This document shows, one piece after another, positions 36,332-45,648 of a stretch of 52,035 bases of DNA (position 1 is its first letter; each line of letters begins with the position of its first letter). The position numbers and the translations under genes are program-made. Where the stretch lies: assembly GCA_049613665.1 (NCBI GenBank), contig JBMZCV010000010.1:1-52035 (forward strand), written 5' to 3'. Under the pieces are notes generated by a model. The model made no database searches. It saw only the letters and a list, made by a program, of their open reading frames with translations, and was not told the DNA's origin. This stretch comes from Chitinophagales bacterium. Lineage in GTDB: Bacteria > Bacteroidota > Bacteroidia > Chitinophagales > UBA2359.

Positions 36332-38446
36332 CTATTTTATATCTTTTTTGAAACGCACAGGAATAATATATTTCACTTTTACTTTTTTGCCGTTGTGTAC
36401 GCCAGCTTTCCATGCTGGCATTTGCCTCACAAGTCTCATAGCTTCTCGCTCACACCCCATGCTGCTATCCTCAAGGCCTTTATCTATCTGCACATTCGAA
36501 ATAACACCATTTTCATTAATCACACATTTTACATATACAGTTCCTTCAACGCCTTTATCATACGCTTCTTTTGGGTATCTCAAATTGCTAGAAATATAAG
36601 CAAATAAGCCTGTTTGCCCTTCAGGATATTGAGGCATTACATCTGTGATAGTATAGATTTCTGGTGCCAAATTTTCATATTCTATTGGAGCTGACAAATC
36701 ACTATCTGCCAATATTTCATCTTTTTTAATGTCGTTTTCAAAATTTGCAACTTCTTTTTTCGTTTCTTGTTTTGCAACCTTGTCGGCTGTTGCACTATTA
36801 CTTGTCAAAGCTTGTGTTGGTCGGCTTTCAGTATTTTTCGGTGGAGCTGATTTTGTCGTTACCACTTTTTTAGCAGTTACACCTCCTGCATTCATAACCA
36901 TACCTGTTTTTTCGGTCTCGTCAATAATTTTTAGCATTTCAATAGCACGTTTATCATTAGGCAACAAAGCCAAACGACGCTGATAGTTTTGCCGTGCCAA
37001 ATCATACTGCCCCAATTTATAATAAGCTTCTCCCAAGCTTTCATACACAATGTCTTCTTGAGGAAAAAGCCTCTGATTGATTTTTGCGATGGCCAAAGCA
37101 CTTTCCCAATTTTTAGCAAAAGTAAAATCACGAGACAAACCATTTAAAATCCAAACTCTATCTATATCATAATTGCCTTCTTTCACGATGTCGTCAAAAT
37201 TTTCGACCACATAATCCAAGTCTTTTTCCTTAATTATTTCATTCAAAACATACGAAAAAGGATGATGTGGCATATAATAATCAGGGTCAAAGAAAATTTC
37301 GTCTAATTTTTCTGACATTTCGAGAGCTACATCTACATCTATATTTCTATTGCATAAAATAATAATAGTATAGCCTTCTTCTTCGTAGTGTCTAACTTGC
37401 GAACTCAAACCAGATATCAAACCACCTTGATACACAATCCGATTGCCATTTTCTAGTTTCACTTTCCAGCCATAACCATAGCCACTTTCACTTTCAAAAG
37501 ATAAATTTTCTTCCAAAGTATAATTTTTTGTCATAATATCTTTACTTTCCTGTGAAAGCAACTTATTTTTGAAAAAAGCATCAGAAAACCCTACCAAATC
37601 CTCTACCGAACAATACATAGCATCTGCTCCAAAAGGAAATGCTCCTTCAAAATTAGCAAATGTAATCACTTCATCTTCTTTTTTGTCATAGCCTACTGCC
37701 TTGTTTCTGATAATTTCGTTCCAATTATACAAACCTGCATCTTTCGATAAATTACATTTACTCAACACATTTTTTTTAAGATATTTTTGATAACTCTCGC
37801 CAGATTGATTTTCGATTATTTTGGCTAAAAAAACATAATTTGAATTCGATTCATGTATTTTTGAATTAGGCTCAAACATTAATTGTTCTTCCAAAATTAT
37901 TTTTATCAAATCGTCTATTTTGCCTATTCTCAAAAATTTATTATAATATGCTTGTATTTCATAATAGTCTGCAATGCCAGAAGTATGCGTCAGAAGTTGA
38001 TGCACCGTAATTTTTTCGCCAATATTCCCTACTGTTTCAGGCAAGTAAGTAGCAATATTAGCCTTCAAATCAACTTTGCCTTGCTCAACAAGCTGCATGA
38101 GAGCAGTAGCCGTAAATGCTTGCGTAATATAAGCAGTATTAAATTGAGTAGATAACGAAGCCTGAACAGTATAATCCAAATTTGCATAACCAGAAGCATA
38201 TTTATATATTGGCTTGCCATCTTTCACAATCATAGCCACACCATCATATATCCCAAGCCAGCGATAAGCCTTCAACAAACGCTGCATTTTTATAAGACGG
38301 TCTCTTTCGGCATCACTTTGCAAGATTTCATCCAAATCAATAACACTTTTTTCTTTCTCTTTAGCAGATGTTTGCGAAAAAAAAACACTGCCTAAAAGCA
38401 ATATTGTTATGTTTAAAATAAAAAATAGCTTTGTAAAGTTTCGCAT
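36332..38446 (-). CDS. Beta-lactamase-family domain (apparently non-catalytic) fused to TPR repeats and a TonB C-terminal domain.
   Basis: 704-aa ORF with a signal peptide. The beta-lactamase-related region (GVAMIVKDGKPIYK...LLTHTSGI) has FNTAYITQAF in place of the usual SxxK motif. TPR-like repeats follow. The C-terminus (ITDVMPQYPEG...GVEGTVYVKCVINENGVISNVQI...IPVRFKK) matches TonB_C. Confidence 0.6.
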   Translation of the reverse strand: MRNFTKLFFILNITILLLGSVFFSQTSAKEKEKSVIDLDEILQSDAERDRLIKMQRLLKAYRWLGIYDGVAMIVKDGKPIYKYASGYANLDYTVQASLSTQFNTAYITQAFTATALMQLVEQGKVDLKANIATYLPETVGNIGEKITVHQLLTHTSGIADYYEIQAYYNKFLRIGKIDDLIKIILEEQLMFEPNSKIHESNSNYVFLAKIIENQSGESYQKYLKKNVLSKCNLSKDAGLYNWNEIIRNKAVGYDKKEDEVITFANFEGAFPFGADAMYCSVEDLVGFSDAFFKNKLLSQESKDIMTKNYTLEENLSFESESGYGYGWKVKLENGNRIVYQGGLISGLSSQVRHYEEEGYTIIILCNRNIDVDVALEMSEKLDEIFFDPDYYMPHHPFSYVLNEIIKEKDLDYVVENFDDIVKEGNYDIDRVWILNGLSRDFTFAKNWESALAIAKINQRLFPQEDIVYESLGEAYYKLGQYDLARQNYQRRLALLPNDKRAIEMLKIIDETEKTGMVMNAGGVTAKKVVTTKSAPPKNTESRPTQALTSNSATADKVAKQETKKEVANFENDIKKDEILADSDLSAPIEYENLAPEIYTITDVMPQYPEGQTGLFAYISSNLRYPKEAYDKGVEGTVYVKCVINENGVISNVQIDKGLEDSSMGCEREAMRLVRQMPAWKAGVHNGKKVKVKYIIPVRFKKDIK

Positions 38447-38923
38447 AATTATTCGTTTTTTTAAATTCTTTGCAAGGGAACATTGCTATTTTTTATTTAA
38501 AAATATTGGTTGATATACTGTTTTATATACATGCAACATTTTATCTAAAAATAACATTATTATGACATTTGCATTTATTTATTTTTTAGTAATTTAAGTC
38601 ATTTTATATGTAAAGATAATTTTTTTTTTACAAAAAGCCTAAAAGCATGAATATGTAAAATGAAAATAACAAAAGTAATTAGTTATTAAAGCAAAAACTA
38701 TCTATATATGAATGGACATAATCCATGTTTAGCTTTTGAAGAGTAGGTATAACCTACCTTTTTTAACTAAAGAAAACAACAATTAAAGTAAAGAAAAACT
38801 ATATTAATATCCAAAAAAAACGAGCTTACTTTGACAATTTTGTGGCGTATTTATTTTTTTGCATCAAAAATTAGCTAAAACAAAATGCACTAAAAAACAT
38901 AATCGCAGAAACAAACCTTTTGG

Positions 38924-39490
38924 TTATTTTTCCTTTAAAAACTCATCAGAATTTACCTTTAAAATGCCCGTGATATTCAGAATGGTATAGCGGCTAAAAT
39001 CCTGTTCGGCTTCAAATCCTGTTCCAAAAATGCTTTCGGTTTCAGTCGTTACCTTCACAAACTTATCAGACCTAATTTTTTTGTTTCGTTCGTCCCAAAT
39101 CAATTCTTCACTTTCTATCCGTTTTTGCTCCGTAGCACTCACCCAAACGACATTTTCTCTCACAATTGTTTGCTGTTTCCTTTCGTGTCGCACACCATAG
39201 TCAGCATTCAAAGAGCCTGTTTCTTGCAGCATTTCATCAAAAAACTGTACGCTTATTCCATCTGGAAATTCGGAATATGGGTCTTTCGTTTTGTGACGCA
39301 ACAAAAGCGGTGCAGTAAGTTTGACTTTCACATTTGCCGACTCGCTATACAAAATCTGCACATCTTTTACTGTTTCGACGGCTTCTTCAAATTGTTGCGT
39401 AACAGCTTGCACATCTTCTAAGCTATTTTCGCAAGCCAAAAAACCAACTAGCATAAATATGAATATATAAAGAAAAGATTTGTTTTGCAT
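38924..39490 (-). CDS. LptC-like periplasmic lipoprotein.
   Basis: 188-aa ORF with the lipobox FLAC. Its size and beta-rich pattern resemble Bacteroidota LptC. Confidence 0.4.
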   Translation of the reverse strand: MQNKSFLYIFIFMLVGFLACENSLEDVQAVTQQFEEAVETVKDVQILYSESANVKVKLTAPLLLRHKTKDPYSEFPDGISVQFFDEMLQETGSLNADYGVRHERKQQTIVRENVVWVSATEQKRIESEELIWDERNKKIRSDKFVKVTTETESIFGTGFEAEQDFSRYTILNITGILKVNSDEFLKEK

Positions 39491-40279
39491 AAAGTGTTTT
39501 TTATATTAAGTAAATACATAGACAAAAATAAGCTACTCAGCAGTTTCTCCTTTGACATTTTGTCAATATATGTGTAAAAAATGTCGGCAGAAAATCGCTT
39601 TTTCTGAGCCAAAAGATAAAACCTAAATAGTCTTTGACAAAAAATAAGCTTTTTAGCCAAACAAAAAAAATAAAATATGCTTTTTCATAAAAGAAAATAG
39701 TTTTTATTTTTTTCTATCACAGTTTTTTAGTATATGCAAGCCTTCAACAACTTTTTTTTATATCTTTGTTTTGTTGGAGAAAGCTTATCGCATTTATGTA
39801 GCCGTTTTAGGTAAGGCATATCTTACTTCTAAAGTTATTAAAAGTAATCTGGAGTTTGTGAGGCAAACAGTAAGAAAGGATAAATAAAAATATGTAACAA
39901 TTGATTGTCATAGATGCAATCTTTTATTTCTTTGTATTTGCGAGCCTGTGAAGCAATCTAATCCCGTGCCGAAACTGACGAAATCTCGTTTAACTTCATG
40001 CCTTCCACTTTTTCACGCTGTTCAAAAGATGTTCGCTATGACGCAAAATCAACAGATTTTATTGTAGCATTTATTAATTTTATGTTAATTATTTGAGCTA
40101 CTCAAGCAACGAAACAAAAACCTTTACACGTCATTTTAGTGCAATTTGATGACTAAAAGACCTTATTTTTAGTTTACTTTTTGTTTCAAATTATTTTTTC
40201 GCATTTTGAAAAAAATAACAATCAATTGTCATTGCAGCGAAAAAGCAAGTCCACATACCATTTATTTTTTTAGCAAAAC

Positions 40280-40759
40280 ATGAAAAAAACAACAATATTA
40301 CATACATTTCTTTCGGTAGGTATTTTCTTTTTTCTTTTCCTACAAACCGCCTGCGACAAAGCTGGCCTTATTCGCATAGATGGCGTAGAACTCTTAGGCT
40401 TAGAAGAATGTTGGCAGTTCGATTTCGAGGAGATATTGATAGACGACAGCCTCACTTATCAAGATTTGTTAGATTATAGAAGTGCCGCCGCCGAGTGCAG
40501 CAATATCGAATTGCCAGCCATAGATTTTGCGAAACGCACCCTTTTTGGCAAAAAAAGCGAAGTGACGAGTTGCGAAGTATTTTATTTCAGAAGTGTGTTT
40601 GCAGACCCAGAAAATAAGGAGTATCTGTACGAAATCGTCGTTTCAAACAGTTCGGCAGCAAGTTGTACACAGCAGACTTTTAGCAGCATGAATTGGCTTT
40701 CTGTGCCGAAAATGCCAGAGAATTATACGCTTAGGTTTGATTTGAAATATGAGGAATAG
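40280..40759 (+). CDS. Hypothetical lipoprotein.
   Basis: 159-aa ORF with a signal peptide and the lipobox LQTAC. Confidence 0.5.
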   Translation: MKKTTILHTFLSVGIFFFLFLQTACDKAGLIRIDGVELLGLEECWQFDFEEILIDDSLTYQDLLDYRSAAAECSNIELPAIDFAKRTLFGKKSEVTSCEVFYFRSVFADPENKEYLYEIVVSNSSAASCTQQTFSSMNWLSVPKMPENYTLRFDLKYEE

Positions 40760-40897
40760 TTTTTAATTATGAGTTTTTAGTTTTTAATTATGAGTTTTTA
40801 GTTTTTAGTTATTACACTGTAATATAAAAAATCAAGGGTTTTAAAGGCATTTTATCCGATAAAACTTAAATTACAGTGTAGTTATTTTTTTTGAAAA

Positions 40898-40978
40898 AGA
40901 AATGACATATTTCTAAAACCACGATAGCACACATTATGTTATATTTGATGCTTTTAGCCAAAAAAATATGTCATTTCT
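40898..40978. repeat. 15-17-bp inverted repeat (AGAAATGACATATTTCT ... AAATATGTCATTTCT) with a spacer of about 50 nt.
   Basis: Read directly. It lies between convergent genes and is preceded by the tandem repeat GTTTTTAATTATGAGTTTTTAG x2 at 40760-40805. Confidence 0.5.
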
Positions 40979-41000
40979 CAAGCTAATTCATAATTACGCA

Positions 41001-42503
41001 TTAATCATAATTCACTTTAAAACCCATAAAAAATCCCCATTCGCCGAGATGATTCACCGAATATTCGAGCGAAATAACATTGTCGTATAACGTCACGATG
41101 TCTAAGCCTACGCCTGTACTTCGCAGCAGTTGATTGTTCAGGGGATTGTTTTCGGCATAATATTTATCTTGCACATAGCCCATTTCACAATATGTTTTGA
41201 GATAAGCCGCAAAAGGAATAGTACGAAATTGACTAAGTTTGACGATAGGATTGATAAATTTTCGGTCAATCAACTGATATTTTAAGGCTGTGCGAGCCAT
41301 CGCATACCTTTGTCCATCAACAATATACAACTCATAGCCTCGAAGATTGCCGCTTCCTCCACTCAAACCACTTTGATTGAAATAAGGTTGAATATCTGGA
41401 AAAGAAGTTTTCGCTTGCACATTTGCTACGGCATAAACTTTTGGGTGCAGCCGCATATATTGCGTATAATTTCCGATAATCCAAAGCATATTCAAGTCGT
41501 CGAAAACACCTATTCCAGCTTTTGCAACTTGCAGCCGAAAATAATTTCCCTTCAAAGGATAGGCTCGTATATCTCTGTTATCGTAATTTAGAACATAGGC
41601 CAGATAAAAATACTGCTGTTTTGTGCGATTATCCAAAAAAAAGTTGCCATTGCTCGCTTCATTTACCGCATCGGCAATGCTATTGTTGAAATAACTGAAA
41701 TTGAAATAATGTTGCCATTTGATATTTGGCCGATGTGTCAGCACCGTTCCGACACGAAAACGTTTTAGAATATAAGTAGAATCGTTGAACACTTTTTGGC
41801 GAGTGAAAGAAGTATCGCTGAAAAATACCTGTTTATTATTTTCAGTTTTATAGCCCAACTGTCGCTGTATGATATACGAAATAAAAGGATTTAAGCCAGT
41901 ATTACGTTTTTTATCAATAAAAGGCAGATGATAACTCAATTCCAACTTTTTGGTATAGCCAAACTGCATATTGAGTTTTAGCATCTCTTTTCGCCCACGA
42001 AAATTGACGTGTGTAAACAGCATACCGTATTCGGTGCGTGACAAATCTCTATTGTGCGTATTCCACCACACATTAAAATCGTCAGTGAGTTCAAAAATAG
42101 GTGCTGGAATCACATACCAACGCTCTTCTACTTCTACGAGTAGTTCGGCTATATTTTCTTTCCAAGATTGAATTTTAATATTTACATCATTGAAAAGGCG
42201 TGTGTTATATATTTGATTTTGATTTTTTTCAAAAATTCCCTCCAACTCTGCTACATCTAAAGTATCGCCAACGACAACATCCATTTCACGCAAAATAACA
42301 TATGCTTTTGTTCGCTTATTGCCTTTCATATTGATGTCTTTTACCACAATATAATCACTCGTAGCAATGGTATCACGGCCATCATTTTTCTTTTTTTCAT
42401 CAAAAGCAAAGACATGACAAGGCGACAACACTAAAAGTATTGCAACATATATTAAAACAAAAGAATAATAAAAAAAATTTGGAAGAGAATGAAAAAAAGC
42501 CAT
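41001..42503 (-). CDS. Omp85/BamA-family outer-membrane protein with a POTRA domain.
   Basis: 500-aa ORF with a signal peptide, a POTRA-like segment (YIVVKDINMKGNKRTKAYVILREMDVVVGDTL) and a C-terminal beta-barrel signature ending VNYD. Confidence 0.6.
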   Translation of the reverse strand: MAFFHSLPNFFYYSFVLIYVAILLVLSPCHVFAFDEKKKNDGRDTIATSDYIVVKDINMKGNKRTKAYVILREMDVVVGDTLDVAELEGIFEKNQNQIYNTRLFNDVNIKIQSWKENIAELLVEVEERWYVIPAPIFELTDDFNVWWNTHNRDLSRTEYGMLFTHVNFRGRKEMLKLNMQFGYTKKLELSYHLPFIDKKRNTGLNPFISYIIQRQLGYKTENNKQVFFSDTSFTRQKVFNDSTYILKRFRVGTVLTHRPNIKWQHYFNFSYFNNSIADAVNEASNGNFFLDNRTKQQYFYLAYVLNYDNRDIRAYPLKGNYFRLQVAKAGIGVFDDLNMLWIIGNYTQYMRLHPKVYAVANVQAKTSFPDIQPYFNQSGLSGGSGNLRGYELYIVDGQRYAMARTALKYQLIDRKFINPIVKLSQFRTIPFAAYLKTYCEMGYVQDKYYAENNPLNNQLLRSTGVGLDIVTLYDNVISLEYSVNHLGEWGFFMGFKVNYD

Positions 42504-42614
42504 AGCAGATATTTTCGGCTTTTGCTTGTTATAAAAATAATATTGCTAAGTGGTTGGTTTAGTTTAGACAGAAAAAAAGCCAAAAGGACACTTCTTTTGG
42601 CTTTTTCGATAAGT

Positions 42615-43277
42615 TTATATATTCATATAATTCATAAAAGAATCATAACGTTCTTGCACATCTGGCATATAACTATCTTCTTGATAAGCAGCTTTTATAG
42701 TATAATTATACCGCTCGAAAGTCGCAATAATTCGCCTCATTTCAGTTTTATTTATCTTAATAGTCACATCTATTTTGGTGCTTAAAGTATTTGTTGTGAC
42801 ATACAAACTCAATATTTTGGCACTATTACTTTCCACAATTTGAGCAATTTCAGATAAAGTATAATCATTCACATTCATTTCCAAAATAATAATACCGCCA
42901 CGCTCTTTCATTGCATTGGCTTCGGCAAAATAATCTAGCAAGTTTTGCAAACTAATCACTCCCAAATATTCATCATCTTCGTCTAATACCGCAATGAGCG
43001 ACAAATGATTGTCATTAATCATTTTTACGACATCATATACATGCGTGTTATAATATACAAAAACTTGTTTTTCAGTCCAATCGTATTCCGCAAAGCTTTT
43101 TTCGGCATAGTTGTTATCCAAAATATCATATTCGGCAATCATACCGATATATTTTTTTCCATTCGTAATTGGCAAGTGTTGCACATGAAAACTACTCATC
43201 CAGTCTAAAGCTTTTTGCCCTGTATCGCTCAGTTTTAAAGGCGGCACCGCCTCGCTTATCAAATTTTGTGCAGTCAT
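42615..43277 (-). CDS. CBS-domain pair protein.
   Basis: 220-aa ORF with two CBS-like segments (LPITNGKKYIGMIAEYDIL; LIAVLDEDDEYLGVISLQNL). Confidence 0.6.
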   Translation of the reverse strand: MTAQNLISEAVPPLKLSDTGQKALDWMSSFHVQHLPITNGKKYIGMIAEYDILDNNYAEKSFAEYDWTEKQVFVYYNTHVYDVVKMINDNHLSLIAVLDEDDEYLGVISLQNLLDYFAEANAMKERGGIIILEMNVNDYTLSEIAQIVESNSAKILSLYVTTNTLSTKIDVTIKINKTEMRRIIATFERYNYTIKAAYQEDSYMPDVQERYDSFMNYMNI

Positions 43278-43803
43278 AATTGTAGATTTTTCAATATATA
43301 GCTCTTGTTTATATTTTTTGCTAAAAAAACAAAAACCTACAACAAGCTTGCACTATACATTATCGTTATATGATATAAAAAACATGGTTCTCTGACAATT
43401 TGGGCGTTCACTTTTATAACAAAAAATAGATAAGGTTTCTTTTTTGTCAGAAAATCAAAAAGATTGGCCTTTTAAAAATTAGTCTTTTGGTGCAAAAAAA
43501 GAAGTTATTTTTTGAACGTTACTTAGCACAGAAACCTGTTTGAGCATTTCGTGAAATTGTCTTTTGTTTTTTAGAAAAAATAATTTAACAAATAAAAACA
43601 TCAATTAACAACAAGTTTAAGCGAGTTTTTTTGTGACAAAAGGCGTTAAGATTTTTAAACAGTCTTGATTTTTTTTAGTTCGTTTTTTTTATCAAATAAA
43701 AAAATGAACAACTAGCCAAAACGGACTACAAGAATGACATAATTTCTTTCTTATGTTATCTAGCTACCGCCCAAAATTGTCAAAGAACCAAAGACATTGT
43801 AAG

Positions 43804-44571
43804 TTAGCTTTCTATTTTCAATTTTGCTAAAAATTCGGACAAAACTTCATTAAAAATTTGTGGTCGTTCCATCATAGGAGCATGACCACACTTTTCGATA
43901 AATTTTAACTCCGAATCTGGCAACAATTTTTGAAACTCATGAGCTACAAAAGGAGGTGTTACTTTATCGTCAGTTCCCCAAATCAAAAAAGAAGGAATAG
44001 TAATATTAGGCAAATCTTCGCTCAAATTGTGTCGGATAGCAGACTTTGCCACCGAAAGTATGCGTAAAGCCTTGCCTCGATTATTCACGATTTCAAATAC
44101 CTCATCAACAAGTTCTTTTGTAGCAGTTTTTGGGTCGTAAAAAGTATATTCCACCTTATCTTTCATATACTCATAGCTCCCTCGCTTCGGAAAAGTTGCT
44201 CCCATAGCATTTTCAAACAATCCAGAGCTTCCTGTTAGTATCATTGCTGCCACTTTTTCAGGATTATTCAGCGTATAAAGCAGCGAAATATGGCCGCCTA
44301 ACGAATTGCCCAATACTATGACTCGCTCATATTGTCGGAAGTTTACAAAGTCTTCGACAAAAATCTGCAAATTTGGCAAGGTTGCTTTTCGCAAAGGCAA
44401 CTCATAAATAGGCAAAAATGGCAATACTACTTTATATTGAGTGCTAAACTGCTCAATTAGTTCCGAAAAGTTGCTCAAAGCCCCAAACAAACCATGCAAA
44501 AGTAACAATACTTCCCCTTCTCCTACTTCTACAAACTTGAATTTGCCTTGCTCTTGAATTTTCATGTTCAT
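43804..44571 (-). CDS. Alpha/beta-fold hydrolase.
   Basis: 255-aa ORF with the nucleophile elbow GNSLGG and LLLHGLFG near the N-terminus. Confidence 0.75.
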   Translation of the reverse strand: MNMKIQEQGKFKFVEVGEGEVLLLLHGLFGALSNFSELIEQFSTQYKVVLPFLPIYELPLRKATLPNLQIFVEDFVNFRQYERVIVLGNSLGGHISLLYTLNNPEKVAAMILTGSSGLFENAMGATFPKRGSYEYMKDKVEYTFYDPKTATKELVDEVFEIVNNRGKALRILSVAKSAIRHNLSEDLPNITIPSFLIWGTDDKVTPPFVAHEFQKLLPDSELKFIEKCGHAPMMERPQIFNEVLSEFLAKLKIES

Positions 44572-44927
44572 AAACCATGTATTTTTTTAATGTAAATATT
44601 CAGCAATAAGCTACTAAACTTTTGAGATACAAAATAAGGCTTTTTAGCCAAAATTGTTAATACTAAACGATTACTTTTTTAATGAAAAAGTAATGAATAA
44701 GTCACTTAATTGCAAAAATACACTTTTTTGTATGGACATAGCCATAAAACAGACTTTAGCTAACTATTAATGTGTAATATATTTTATCATATACATATTT
44801 TAATCTTACAAAATAATTTGTTGTCATGTTTAAATATATACGATTTTAGCTAAAAAATAGTTGTGCAAGAAATGTTTTTTTGTTATTGGAATAGCGTTTT
44901 TTCACAAAAAATGATAAATACGAAAAT

Positions 44928-45206
44928 CTAAGCTGCATTTTTTTCTTCAAAAATATGTAAGAAATGAGCTATTTCATATTCATTTTCTGGTTCTTTTTTT
45001 CCTGTAAAACAAACATAACAACTATTTGCAGAAGCAAAAGCAGAGCCAATAATCCAAATATCACGCCCACAATCACACTTTTTTCCCTTCCAAAAACTAT
45101 CTAAAGCAAGTTCTAATTTTTGTTTTAAAGACTTTGCATCAATATTTTTATTTTTAGCTACTTCTTGTTGAATAAAATTTTCTATTGAAATTGGTATAAA
45201 AGGCAT
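44928..45206 (-). CDS. Small hypothetical Cys-containing protein.
   Basis: 92-aa ORF with KCDCG...CYVCF. Confidence 0.35.
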   Translation of the reverse strand: MPFIPISIENFIQQEVAKNKNIDAKSLKQKLELALDSFWKGKKCDCGRDIWIIGSAFASANSCYVCFTGKKEPENEYEIAHFLHIFEEKNAA

Positions 45207-45472
45207 TTTTTTTGTAATTTTAAAGGTTCAAAAATCTTTTTTGTTTACTATAAAAAAAGTTGAGTCTAAAGTTAATTAGCTTTTTCAACAAAACAAAGTC
45301 ACTTTGGATATTCACGCTAAAAAAATACTATAAAGTAGCAACTATTTTTACACTTTTTTCGGCTATCAAAATAGCGTTTTTCAACATACTTTAGGAACTT
45401 TTCTTTTATTTTAATAGTTGTATAATTTGTAAATAAATGAGCAAAGCATTTTTTATCCAAAAAATATCATTG

Positions 45473-45575
45473 AGTGCCAAACACTATTTAATAAACAGCC
45501 GATTCGTTGCTAACACATTGATAATCAAAGTATTAGCTTCAACAAGCTCTCATGTTATTTTTATTGTAGGTACTT
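45473..45575 (+). repeat. Copy of repeat family R.
   Basis: AGTGCCAAACACTATTTAATAAACAGCCGATTCGTTGCTAACACATTGAT. The ORF 45437-45652 reads across it and is rejected. Confidence 0.65.
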
Positions 45576-45648
45576 ACTTGTTCAAATATTTCTTTTCTTC
45601 TAAAAAAATACGCAACATAGCGTTTACATTCATCAAAACTCCAATCGC

